This document shows positions 13,227 to 25,281 of a stretch of 64,000 nt of DNA, piece after piece. The DNA comes from Vitrella brassicaformis CCMP3155. Its lineage: Eukaryota > Protista > Chromerida. Position 1 is the stretch's first letter. Every line of letters begins with the position of its first letter. The stretch covers positions 124,001-188,000 of the forward strand of contig CDMY01000027.1 of assembly GCA_001179505.1 (NCBI GenBank), in the 5' to 3' direction. The notes under the pieces are model-generated. The model was not told where the DNA came from. It worked only from the letters and a program-made list of their open reading frames with translations, and did not search any database. The position numbers and the translations under genes are program-made.

Positions 13227-13353
13227 TCATGCGGGCGGCAGATGGCAGTTCATGACTCGGATGGCCCCGTCCCCGCCGGCCACCGCCACCATCGAACTGT
13301 CACACGAAAAATCAACCTGAGACAGACAGACAGACAGACAGACGGACAGACGG

Positions 13354-13385
<32 letters not shown>

Positions 13386-14893
13386 GGAGAGAATGAGGAC
13401 ACCGAGCGAATGAACGAATGAGGCATCCGTCCACTCCACCGACCGTGTAGCACCCCTTTGCCATCGACGTGATGGTGCCAAGCGGCGCCTGAAACACAGA
13501 CACACACATAGGTGGCATCAATTCAGGCAAAGATTGTTCGCCCCTTTCTGTCTGTCTGTCTGTCTGTCTGTCTGTGTGTGTCGGCCGGCCCATTGTGTGA
13601 TTTATTACGTAGTCGGATTCCCTGTCGAATATCTTGGCCTCGTTGGCCCCGCTGCCGCCGGCGACGATGAGACAGGAGGTGCTGTCCTTGCTGAACTCGG
13701 CGGCGTAGACCATGCACTGCTCCCGGGATGTGCTGTCGGCGGTTTGCCAGGGGATGTCGGTGATCTTCTTGCCGGTACCAAAGTCCCACAGCTGTAGCTG
13801 CTCAGTCGGTCGCCACGAACCCGTCAGAATCGTGTCGCCATCAGCTGTATGCATGGCATGGCATGGAAGGGGAGACAATCGACGTCCGTCCGTCCGTCGG
13901 GAGAGAGGGGTTGGTCCGTCCTTTGCTTGCCTGCGATGTCGACTGCGTCTCCGGCGACGAATGGCCCATAGATGGTGCGGATAGCGGCTTGCGAGCGTGT
14001 GTCCCATACCTGCACGGTGTGGTCCCAGCCGCCCGTCACCAGCAGGTGCTTGGCCGTCGGGTTGAACTTGAGCGAGAACACACGATTCGCGTGACCGATG
14101 TGCGCACCCATCTCAGCACCTAACGAGACGAGACGAGACGAGACGAGACAAGGAGAAAAGCAGCCATCCATTTCTTACATACATGTATCACTCGTCTGGC
14201 CATCTGTCTGTCGCGACCGTCGCGTGCAGCCAGCCCCTGACTGACTGCCTGACCTTTGAGACTGGTCGATAGCTGTTTGGTGGCCTCGTCATAGACATGG
14301 ATTTCCCTGTTTTTGCCGGCGACAGCGAATGTGGTTCCGTCCTCGGAGTAGTCGCAGCAGAAGAGCTGGTTGTGGTTCTCGATGATCTGGTGGAGGCACT
14401 TGCCTGAGGCAATGTGCCAGTGCTGCACCACACCGTCGCTGTTGACGCTAATCAACACATTCTTGGTCTTCGACACGGCCTTGTTGGGACGCCAACGCAC
14501 CTGATGGACGCGTGGATAGATGGATGGACACATCGTCCGTCCATGAGATGGATGGGTGTTGGCTGCCTGCCTGTGTGGTGGGGGAGCCGCCTGCTTGGTT
14601 GAGCACATACGCCTGCCGCCCCGTGGACGTGTTGAATATCTTGATAGCACCGTTGCTGCACGCAGCTGAACACATATATACACACAGCCAGCGGAGAGAG
14701 AGGGCATGAACGATGGCATTTGTAGTGCCATCGTTGGCTTCTCTTCCTTCCCTTACACCCTTTATCCTCACTCACCCGCCAGGTAAGCGTCGTCAGGCGA
14801 GAAGCGAATGCAGAGAATCTCAGACGTCACATCGGAGAGGATGAACCGAGGCGTTATCTTCTTGCCCGTACGCCGCGATGGAGATACTGCCAT
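13227..14893 (-). CDS. WD40-repeat protein
   Basis: Start MAVSPSRRTGKK...ILCIRFSPDDAYLA; WD repeats GHANRVFSLKFNP...LVTGGWDHTVQVWD and ILTGSWRPTEQLQLWD; ends VAVAGGDGAIRVMNCHLPPA*. Confidence 0.85.
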
Positions 14894-15154
14894 CTTAAGA
14901 CACCCTAGGCAAGGAACCTACAGAGCTTTCGCGAATCCGCCTTCGCAGTCTCAGGGCCCCCAACCCACAGCCCCCCATTCGAGACGCCCTCTCAACTGCC
15001 AACCCTAACTCAGAGTGAAGTCCACGCGCTTCTCCATGTCACTGATTGACTGATCTGCATTCCATTCCTTCCTGCCAGACGGACTGACAGGGCCGAGAAG
15101 CCTCCGCCCTGCCCACCAGAGGGCACCCGCAACCAGCACGGCATACAACCGAGG

Positions 15155-17151
15155 ATGGCGCGTGACATGCGCAGGGTGCAGGACCAGGTGGGCAGCTATG
15201 CCGTCCTGCAGGGCGGCGACCAGCCGCACGACCTCTCGCCGCCGCCGCGCACATTCGCAGACAGAATCGACCGGTTCTTCCACATCACTGCACGAGGTGA
15301 GCCACCTGGCTTCCAAACATACACACGGGAGGGAAGAAGCATGCGTCTTGCCTCAGATCTATGCATGACACGTGACGTGCATGTGGGTGTGTGTCTGTGT
15401 CTGTGTCCTGTGTGTGCAGGTTCCGACTTCAAGACGGAGTTCCGTGCGGGTTTGGTGCTGTTCACGACCATGTGCTACATCATAGTGGTCAACCCCGACA
15501 TCCTCTCGGCCGCCAAGCTCGACAAGACGGCAGTGGCATCGTCCACTGCACTCTGCGCATGCGTCGGGTCCATCGTCATGGGCCTCTTCGCCAACCTCCC
15601 CTTCGGCACCGCACCCGGGATGGGCCTCAACACCTACTTCGCATACGAGCTGGTGGTGCAGGAGCACTTCACGGCGTCACAGGCACTGGCCATCTGCATG
15701 GCCGCCGGGGGCATCTTCCTGTTCCTCGGCCTGACGGGACTGTCCAACATCCTGGTGAACAACATTCCTCTGTCGATGAAGAAGGCGATCGTGGTGGGCA
15801 TCGGCATGTTCCAGACCATCGTCGGGCTGTACTCCCTCGGGTTCATCGAGCCAGGCACCTACACGGTGCTGCAGCTGGGCAGCAACATCGGCACCACGGA
15901 CCAGCTCATGGGCCTCTTCACCATCCTCCTGATCTCGCTGCTCATGCTGCTCGAGGCGCCAGGCTCCATCCTGATCGGCATCATCGCCTCGGTGGGCATC
16001 TCCCTCTCGGCGGGATTCGCCCCCCTCCCCAAGGCGTTTGTGGGCGCGCCGGACCTTGAGCTGCCAACGCTCGACTACAGTGTCCTGCAGACGGGCAAGG
16101 GGTGGATATCGGTGTTCTTCATCTTCCTGGTGGCCTTCATCGACGTGGGCGGGGTGGTGCTGGGCATCGCCGCACAGAGCAAAGAGCTCATCAACGAGCA
16201 TGGCGACGTCCTCGGCGCGCAGAGGGCTTTCATCACTGTGGGTGCGGGCATCTGCATGTCGTCCTTCTGCGGCACCTCGCCCATGATCATGTATGTTACC
16301 CGAGCCAACCCACACAACTACCCACCCCAAAACATGGATTGCCCCTTGCCCTTTGCCTCTCGTGTGATGTGATGATGTCAGTTTCCTGGAGAGCGCAGCT
16401 GCGGTGCAGCAGGGCGGGCGCACGGGATTCGGTGCGGTGCTGGCGGGGGCCCTGTTTGGGCTGTCGATGTTCTTCGTGCCGGCCTTGTCGGCGGTGCCCC
16501 GGTCTGCGACTGCTCCGGTGTTGGTGCTGGTGGGTTCCTTCATGATGGGAGCCGTGATGGCGATTCCCTGGGAGAAGATCAACCACTCGCTGCCGGCCTT
16601 CATCACGGTCTGCATGATCACCTTCACCTGCAGCATCTCTTACGGCCTCATCGCTGGCCTGGCCTTCTACTTCATACTCAACCTGCCGTTCGTCGTCGCC
16701 AAGGTCACTCACCGACGGCAACACACACACACACACATGGGGGGTGTGGTGTTCGTGTGCACACGTGTGAGTGTGTCTTTGTTATGTATGTGTGTGTATC
16801 AATCAGATCTTCAACTGGCGTTGGCTCAAGAAGCGTCTGACGATCGAGGAGATCATCGGTACGCCCATCGAGCGGCAGCTGGAGGTCGAGAGGGAGATCG
16901 AGGCCGAACGGCAACGCACCTCAGTATTCATGTTCAAAATCGACGACCAGGTCAGATCAGACACACACGCAGACGAGAGACAGAGAGAGAGAATGCCTGG
17001 GTGCCTGCCTGCGTGTGTGGCTGTGTGGTTCATTCAGTTGTTGCACGACACGGAGAGGTCTCTGCCGCTGAAGATCGGCCGCCGATTTACGGAACCGATC
17101 GATCCGGCGGGACACGCCAAACACCGCATCTCTGCCCTCTCGGGCGTTTAG
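15155..17151 (+). CDS. azgA: AzgA/AZG-family (NCS2 superfamily) adenine/guanine/hypoxanthine permease
   Basis: Motifs TEFRAGLVLFTTMCYIIVVNPDIL, ANLPFGTAPGMGLNTYFAY, GRTGFGAVLAGALF and ATAPVLVLVGSFMM, with many TM helices across spliced exons. Confidence 0.9.
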
Positions 17152-18289
17152 ATAGACACGACACCCACCCACCCACCAAACCCGCCGACCCACCCACCCT
17201 CACCCCACACACAGAGTGAGTATACGTAGCAGCCCGCCGTCTCGCTCCCCGTCGCTTCCCCCGGGAGCCTCGCCCTCCTTTTGCCGAAACACCCCTTTGC
17301 CCTTCTGTGCGTTGCAAGTCTGTCTGTCTGTCTGTCTATCTATCTGTCTGTCTGGCTAGGGAGAGAGGCCGTAGAGCAGTAGCGCGCGACACACAGGGCT
17401 GTGTGGGTGGGTTTGATGGATCGATGAGTGGCTGGGTAGGTAGGACGTACGCACAAGGGAGTGATCTATAAGACCATCGCCAGACGCTCGAGAGAAGAGG
17501 ACACTTGAGAGCGGCCCATTTTGCTTTGCTGCTGCTGCTGTGTTGTGTTGTGTTGTGTTGTGGGTTCCTTCCTTTTCACAAAAGGGGTTGCGGTGGTGGC
17601 GGTGGGTGTGTACAGTGGCTAGGTAGCTGCCTTGGCTCATCTCTCTCTCTCTCTATTTCTCGACCCAGTGACAGCTGATGGATAGATAAACGGAGCTTGT
17701 GCTGTGTCTGCTCTCTGCGATGGCGGACTTCATCTCGCAGCTCGGGCATGGCAACAGCTGCCCGAAACGCACGATGCCGTACGCCGATTAGGAAAGCAGA
17801 CACACGCAGGTCAGCGGCAGGGTGGTGGCAAAGTGGATTGGGGGTTTTCAAGACGAAGAGAGACAAGGGCACTGGGACAGTGGGTAGCGAGTCCGGGTAT
17901 GTGGGTAGCTAGCGAGTTTTCGGAGACGGTTTCTCTTTATGGATGGATGGATGAACGGATACATTGTTGCCTCGATGGCGTCTGTAGGTATCGGTCTGAG
18001 AGACATCCCGTTTTCCATACCGCCTCATGCCATGCCCCACCGACCCACTGACTGACCCGTTGCGCTGCCTGGATGTGTGTGCTGTGTGTACATCACCCAC
18101 CCACCCACTACCTTCCTCTCTCCGACTCTCTGTCTGTCTGTCTGTCTGTCTTTCTGCCTTGTGGTTTGTTGGTCTGGTGTGTGTACTCGTGTTGCACACT
18201 CGTCTATTTGTACCTTTATGTAGGGGTGGGTGTTGTACGTGCGTCGGTCGGTAAGTGCGTGCGCCATGGATGGATGGATGGATGGAGTA

Positions 18290-18714
18290 GATGGCCATAG
18301 TACAGTGATGCACAAGCGTCTGGATGCTGCCTGCATCTTGACGACGAACGGAGAGACGGACGTGTCTATACAGTTACTCGACAATGAACTGTCACACGGC
18401 ACGTCACGTCTTTGTCTCTGTCACATCACAGCCAATGTCGGTCGACATGTAACCAACCAATAAATAAAGGAGCAGGGCGTCATAGCCAAGAATAGCACAG
18501 CACAGGCCACTCGCTGTCGATGAGAACCACATTTCACGAGCCTGCTTGGGCAGATGCATGCGAACGAGCCCATGCCGCCACGTGGGACAACGGCAGACTC
18601 GCTCGTCTCCGTTGTCCGACGTGGCAGCAGTGTTCTTCACATCCATCAGCTGGCCAAGGCAGCTCGAAAAGAGATCGTTGCAAACAACAGAGCTCTCTCA
18701 CGTCTCTTTAACTA
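18290..18714 (+). pseudogene. Decayed coding relic of an unidentified family
   Basis: One frame reads ...MHKRLDAACILTTNGETDVSIQLLDNELSH...NQ*IKEQGVIAKN...RCR*EPHFTSLLGQ...VLHIHQLAKAARKEIVANNRALSRLFN*: protein-like text with two in-frame stops. Confidence 0.3.
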
Positions 18715-18776
18715 ACCAACACGTGCATATGATATGCAGCACCTCTACACCCAACGAACGACACGCCCTTACTCCC

Positions 18777-20582
18777 TTAGTGCTCAGCAGCATGGTGGTC
18801 CTCAGGCTCCCCCTCCCCCTCGTTTGCACACACGATCTGCACCTTGAGCACGCCCTTACGCTGCGCATAATGCAGGGCATCAAGGGCTCGATCCAGGGGG
18901 TACTCGGCCTCGAGATACTTGCACACGTCTATCAGACCTACACGCACACGCGCACACGCACCACCAACAGAGAGAGGGAAGCGATTCCCACGCGTCTCAC
19001 TCACGTCGGTGTGTGTGCATGCGTGTGTACCAGCTTCGAGTACGCCGACAGCGACGCCCATCGGACCACACCGAGAGCCCACCTGACAGACACACACCAG
19101 CAGACATGAAGGAATCAATCAGTCGAGATGCGCCGGCGTGTGAGTGGTGCCTACCCTACCAGCTGGACTTCCTTGACGACCAGAGGTGCCATGTTGAACC
19201 CTTCGTCCTCCACACCCACCGCACAGGTCGTCTTCAGAAACAACACACCCTGCGGACGCACCTGCACACGGTGGCCACACACAAACGAAACGGCGGCACG
19301 CGTGAGATCATCATCAGTTGCCCCATCTACCCCTTTCTCTCTCGGTCACTGACTGACTGACCATGTCCATGGCCAGCTTGAGGCCATTAGGGCTGCCCGT
19401 GGCCTCTACGACAATGTCATAGGCCGACTCCTCCTTCTCACGCCACTCGTGATATCTGTCGCCGTCCCGGCACTCGCACATGGTGTCGATGGGAGGGTGA
19501 ATCGACACATCAGCGGCATCAGACGCCTGCTGCTGCTGCTGCTGCTGGCTGGTGTGGGTGTGGGTGAGGAGGGCGAGCTTGGACGGGTGGCGGCCGACGA
19601 TGGTGACTGGCGAGCGGTTGCGCATCGTCTTGGACTTCCGGAGAGGCGTCGGAGCGTTCTGACTTGCCCAGAACTCTACATGGCATGAAGGACACACAGA
19701 AGAGAGGAATCCACTCCACTGATCCATCCATCCATCCATCCATCCATCCATCCAAATGTGTCGTATGTGCACACAAACATACCCACCCTGGAAGGCCTGT
19801 GTGAGGTTCCATCCCGACTGATGCTGCCGCAGCACCTGATGGAACCGCTCGTCAAAGACAAACAGCTGCAACACCTCAGCACACAGCAGCCCCAGCTTCC
19901 CGTCCCCGATCACCAACATGCGGTCCTCTCTTCGCAGCCGCCCCTGCTCCACCAGCCGGCAGGCCGCCGCAAGAGGCTCACAGAAGGCCGCTGCCGCATC
20001 GGACACCTCATCAGGCACGAGATGCAGATTGGCGAGCGGCACTGTGACGTAATCGGCAAAGCAGCCGTCCCTGTTGATAATGCCCAAGCAGGTGCGTGAG
20101 GGGCAGTGGTTTCTCCGCTGCACTGGGTCTGGGGGGGTCTCGGGGTGACATGCGGGGCAGGTGTCCTGGTCGCAGGGGAGGTTGATCTCTGCGACGACTC
20201 GCCTGGACAGGTATGGGTGAGAGGGGTCATCCCGCCCGTCGACGGCCGTCACGCTGACCACCCGGCCGACGAACTCATGGCCGAGGATGCAGTGGAAGCC
20301 CTCCTTATAGCCCTTGAGGATCTCCTCGTCCTGATGACAATGGATGACGGACGGCAGGCAGATACACGCATACACAGAACAGAAGCATCATGATGCGATG
20401 CATGACAATGAGCGGCTCCATCTGCCCGACTGACTGACTGACTGGATCTTCGCCCGTGCGCTCACCGTCTTGCAGATGCCTGCCCTGAGCACACGAAGGA
20501 GGGCTTCGTCTGCCTGTGGGGTGGGTACTGGCAGATCTTCTCTCAAGACAGCTCTGCCGTCATCTACCTTGACGCCTCGCAT
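18777..20582 (-). CDS. Zinc-dependent medium-chain dehydrogenase/reductase (alcohol/polyol dehydrogenase-like)
   Basis: Catalytic Zn motifs RAGICKTD and ILGHEFVG; four structural-Zn cysteines (LPCDQDTCPAC...NHC); NAD-binding IGDGKLG; DIVVEATGSPNGL; C-terminal GVLKVQI. Confidence 0.9.
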
Positions 20583-20963
20583 TGGCCGCAGCAGTTCTGT
20601 CCTTTCCCCTTGAAGTTCTCCCTCAAAGCGGTGGGTTGCCTTGCATCCAATGCTTCCTTCTTCTGACTTGTGATTTTATCGACGTCACACAGATTCGTTC
20701 GTTCGTCAGCAAGGTCCCCGTGAGGTTAACGAACGAACGAACCCTCTTTCTGACGCGAGCTTGATGACGATCGTGACCTCGTCGCAGTTTCTTCATCCCC
20801 CGAGCCTCCCTGTTAGCCTGCTGCCACGCTGTGCTGTCGGCCTATTGATCGTGAGCCCCGATCTGCGCAAAACCATCCTGTCGATACTGCACAAGAAGAC
20901 ACACAAGTCTTCGAGGTTGATGTGTTCAGCGGTCCTGTCCGGGGCGTGTCTGGTGTTCAGGGG

Positions 20964-21984
20964 ATGCTGCTTTCTCTATTCCTTTCTCTGCTGTGGGCTG
21001 CGAAGTGCGCCATCTCGGCCTTCCACGGGACGCTCCCCGTTGGGTTGGTTCTGCATCCAGCCAGTTTCCTGCACCAGAGACATCTGCAGCTGCAACGTCG
21101 CCTCTCTGCCGACTTCTCTGCCCTTTACCACAGAGAGAGTGTACAGTACGTCAGAGTTTCACTGTGTCACACGCCATTTCTTGTATCATCCGTTTTTACA
21201 GGGCGACGAACGGCAGCTACGGGCGCTGCCTGACGAGAAGGCGGAACTGGCCCCTGATCTGGCCCCTGATGCCAACCGATATACGGACGCAAAGCTGAAG
21301 GCGAATTGGGCGGTGTGTCATTTTGTGTGTGTGTGGGTGGGTGGGTGGGTGGGTGAGTGCTATGTGTTGCTATATCGTATACCCACTGTCTGTCTGTCTC
21401 TGTCTGTGTCTGTAGGATGGTTACCTTCGAATGGACGCCTATCTTCGACAGCGAGTTGAAGAGAAAACAAGAGACCGAGATCTATATGAGGCACAGCTGG
21501 CGCAGTTGAATAAAGAGATGGCCGCCACACGAGCAGAAGGAAGGCTGCCATCACTTAGCGACACTGAGAAAGAGAAGCGGCTGTTGAAGCTCATAGACTC
21601 CTGCGATGCGCAAATCATAAACGTCGATGACAAACGTACAATCAATTGGTCCCAGCGGGTAGTTGGTCATCTTTTATGTTTTTCTCATGCAGGGCGTGAG
21701 CTTGTGAAGGTCGCAACAGAAGAATCAGCTCAGCGTTTGTCGCCCCTGTATCGGGCACAGCTAGGAAAAGGGGTGCGAGACAGAGCAGTGCCAAAGACAT
21801 GCCAGGCACAGCTGTCATAGAGGCGTGAGTATGTGTGTCTGTGTGGGCAGAGCAGGCAGAGGTGCAGAAGCTCACCTCAGAAGCACAGCTGAATGCCGCA
21901 GAAACAAACCTCATATACTTCGTCTCTGCGGTCATCATGGTCGCCGTCCTTGCCTACGCGAATCACGTCCTCCGGGTGCTCTAA
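20964..21984 (+). CDS. Hypothetical protein with bipartite plastid-type leader, coiled coil and C-terminal TM helix
   Basis: MLLSLFLSLLWAAKCAISA-FHGT (signal peptide followed by Phe); exons to MDAYLRQRVEEKTRD...; last exon ...NLIYFVSAVIMVAVLAYANHVLRVL*. One join needs a GC-AG intron at 21301. Confidence 0.55.
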
Positions 21985-22305
21985 GTCCTGTCAGGCGCTG
22001 CAGGACCTAGCAGGACCTCCAGACGTCAAAAGAGGCGCCCGCCGCCCAGCAGACAGACAAGACGAATACACACAACTGGAAGCTGACCCAAGGGAGACAT
22101 CGTGGACGGCAGCGGCACACCGACCTTGGAGCGAGAGCTGTGTGCGGCGTCCTGGATTGAAGCGCACCCTTCGCACGCCTGACGGATTGGGATCTGTCAG
22201 AGTATTTGCCTGCTGCTACTGGTTTTGCGTCGCGCCACGTCATGGCCTATTGTCACACTAGCGATCGTTTCATCCAGCTGGCTGTGTGTGGTTGCATCGA
22301 GGCAG

Positions 22306-22410
22306 GCAGGGAGGCAGGGATGGATGGATGGATGGATGGATGGAGGGAGGGAGGGAGGGAGGGAGGGAGGAAGGGATGGAGGGAGGGAGGGAGGGAGGGA
22401 TGGAGGGAGG
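22306..22410 (+). repeat. Compound (GGAT)n/(GGAG)n microsatellite
   Basis: Directly visible ggatggatggat...ggagggagggag tract between convergent gene ends. Confidence 0.9.
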
Positions 22411-23099
22411 CAGTGCAAAAATACCATCCACTCCAGGAATGGGGGGTAGGAGTGGGGTGGGGTGGGTGTGTCTTGTCTGTGTGACCTTCGTTCGGCTCAT
22501 TGAATCTGCACGTATGGATTCAATATGTATGTCATCGGGCAGACACATACGTACACCGCACACAGGGTGTGGTCTACTCTGTCTCATCAGCAATTCATGT
22601 AGTCTCACTTGTCCGTCCGTCACACGCACGCACACGGAGCGATCGATGGATTAGTCAGTCAGTCTGGGCTGCACAAACGCCTCGACCACTGACTGCATGC
22701 GCACATCACATCCTCTCCGACTGACAGTGACTGACAGCTCTTGTTCGATCCCTGACCGACAAACAGATAAATACTGTCTACATGCACACACAACCAAAAC
22801 AGGCCAACTGCAAAGAAAGAGTCCCGTCTAGCCTCCTTTCTCGTCCATTCAGCTTCAGCCTCCGCTGCATGTCAGTCAGTCATTGCCCTCCCTCCTCCAC
22901 ACATCCCATCATCAGCGTCTCGTCCAGCTCGTCTATGAAGCGACAAGACGAGCTAAGGGACGATGCACCACCCACAGTGGCAGCGGCACCGCCACAGCCG
23001 TGTGCACCGCTTGCGTCACCCTGTATCCGCGCATCACAGAACCAACACACAATGACGCCACCAAGGCACTCGCTAGCCGGCCGTCGCCGGCCTCCCTTA

Positions 23100-24981
23100 T
23101 TATGTACCTCCGTTTGCACATCGGCGCCATGTACAGGTGCGGCGAAGATCTGTGCCATGCGATAGTGGTGCGCGTCTCGAGCCATGAGCACCTGATCGCC
23201 TGTCTGCTTTCCCCTTGGTGTCGATGCTGCCGCCTTGGCCTTGGCCATCTTCTTGCTGCCTGCCTGGCGCGAGAGTCTGTCGCGGACCTGCTTGTGGACG
23301 GGACTGAAAGGGAGGCGCCGCATGTGCTCCAGATGGAGACGCTGGACCAGGTCCCACAAACCGCTGGTGGACAAAGAAGGAGGCGACAGAGAGAGAGTGG
23401 GGAACAGGTATGTAAAATAGTCGATCGACGAACCATCGGTACGCCAGACGGAGGAGCTCCTCATTTTTGAGCTCACAAACGCGCGTCCCTTGCTCATCAC
23501 CTGCATGACACAACAGACAGAACATCAGCCCCATGGCACTTGTCAACCAACCGCATGGAATGCATTGCTGGCCCGCCCACCCACGCACCGACCTGAGCGG
23601 CCTTTGAGGCGGATGCATCGCCTCAGCATTTCTCTCCCGCCGTCACCCAGCGTCAGGGTCATGCCGTCTTCATACTCAAAGCGCTGCACCCACACATGCA
23701 CAGCACATACAATACAGAAACACGAGCAGAGCACGGGACGTTCATTCATGTACATAAATGTACCGACCCACCGACCGACCGACCAAACTCACTCACTCAC
23801 CAATTTGGGCGGTATGGTCGAAGCGTCGGAGAGCCGCAGCAGGTCGTCCTTGCGGATCTTCAGCCCTTGTATGGTGACCTCCTCCACGCCCGTATCCCTT
23901 GTCCGCAGGTATCCCTCCACCTTGGCGTGTCGCGACTTGCCGGGCGGCGGCCGATATCGGCCGCCCTCCTCTATTATCATCTCGCCCGTTGTGGCCACCT
24001 CCAGCAACTTGGGCACCCGCGGACCTGTGGGCACCCCTCGTTGTGGCACGGGCTCGTCGTCGTCGTTGTCCTCGTCCTGATCGTAATCGTCATCCTCATC
24101 CCAGCTCCCCTCACCGTCGTCGGCACAGGGGTCCTCAGGCATCATGATGCCTGGGGGAGTAGGCGTCACCGTCGTGCTGCTGTAGGCTTTTGCCTCCTGT
24201 TTGACGGCAGCTCTCGCTCTCTGCCGTGCCAGCTCATTCAGGGCAGCGTCGCGTTGAGCTTCGACCTGCATGCAACCATCCATCCATCCATCCATCCATC
24301 CAGTGGCCACAGAAAGGAATCCACGTGTGTGTTGTGTGCGTCAGGCAACACCTGTTGGCAGCGTCGCTTCCATTGGTCTCTCTGGGCTTCGAGCTCAGCG
24401 ATTCGTTTCCTCGATTCGTGCCGAGGAGTTCCACGATATCCAGGAAGCATGGAACCTCGGCTGAGGTCTGCAGGCAACAAGGAAGCAAGGCAGCGTGGAA
24501 GTAGCAGACAGACACACGCAGACGCACGAAGGATGTGCGCACCATTGAGCGGTTGCTGACAGCAGCGACTCGTCCTGAGCAGCAAACGCACACACACAAC
24601 GCCAGGTCGATGAACCATGAACACACACGAGCGATGGTACCTGTAGCCCCTGAGGAAATCTAGCCTCTGAGGATCTCCTCGTTCTGCCTGCCTTGAGGAT
24701 CTCCTCGTTCTGCCTGCCTCAGATACACACAGAACAGCATTCACTGACTGACTGACTTTGACTGACTGGATCTTCCCTCCTGCACAGATCTCCCTTCTCT
24801 GCTCACCGTCGTGCAGACGCCTGCTCTGACCTGACGAAGTAGCCACTCGACTCGAGGTGGCGAGCTTGAGACTGGGGCGTCGTGCCCCCCCGCGTCTCGT
24901 CAAACGCATAACGACCGACCGACCCAGGGAGAGGGATTCTATCATCTTTTCAGGTGAATGCGATGCACATAAATCTGTCAA
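23100..24981 (-). CDS. Hypothetical protein: coiled coil, acidic tract, unassigned globular region
   Basis: In-phase splicing gives ...RIAELEAQRDQWKRRCQQ/VEAQRDAALNEL...DEDDDYDQDED...IRKDDLLRLSDASTIPPKL/RFEYEDGMTLTL.../GDEQGTRVCELKNEELLRLAYRWFVDRLFY. Both termini are uncertain. Confidence 0.5.
24668..24719. repeat. Perfect 26-bp tandem duplication
   Basis: tgaggatctcctcgttctgcctgcct at 24668-24693 and 24694-24719. Confidence 0.9.
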
Positions 24982-25281
24982 GTGGCTCTCTCATCCCTTT
25001 CATGCAGCAACACAGGCCTCCTATAGCTACATACATACATCGCCGGTGCCCTCCGCATTTGAGTCAATCAGTGGCTAGTCGTTGCTCGGCTCGGCCCTTC
25101 GGGCCTCGCCTTCGCCACACATATACATCGATGGAGCCGAGTGCAAGTAGCTACACACATCGCATGACCAGAACTTTCACGGCCTTTCGCACAGGCAATA
25201 GAGAAATACAAGCAACAACCTCTGCGATTCCTTGGTACTGTATGTCAAATGTAAGTGCCTGGAACAGGGTGTTGCTGGCAC

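Noticed and set aside
22306-22410. G-rich tract as a functional G-quadruplex
   Set aside because: Similar GGAT/GGAG microsatellites occur throughout the window; nothing specific supports a function.
22880-23506. 208-aa ORF with AQIFAAPV, superficially bromodomain-like
   Set aside because: Splice phase from the upstream exon selects a different frame (GDEQGTRVCELK...), and other bromodomain residues are missing.
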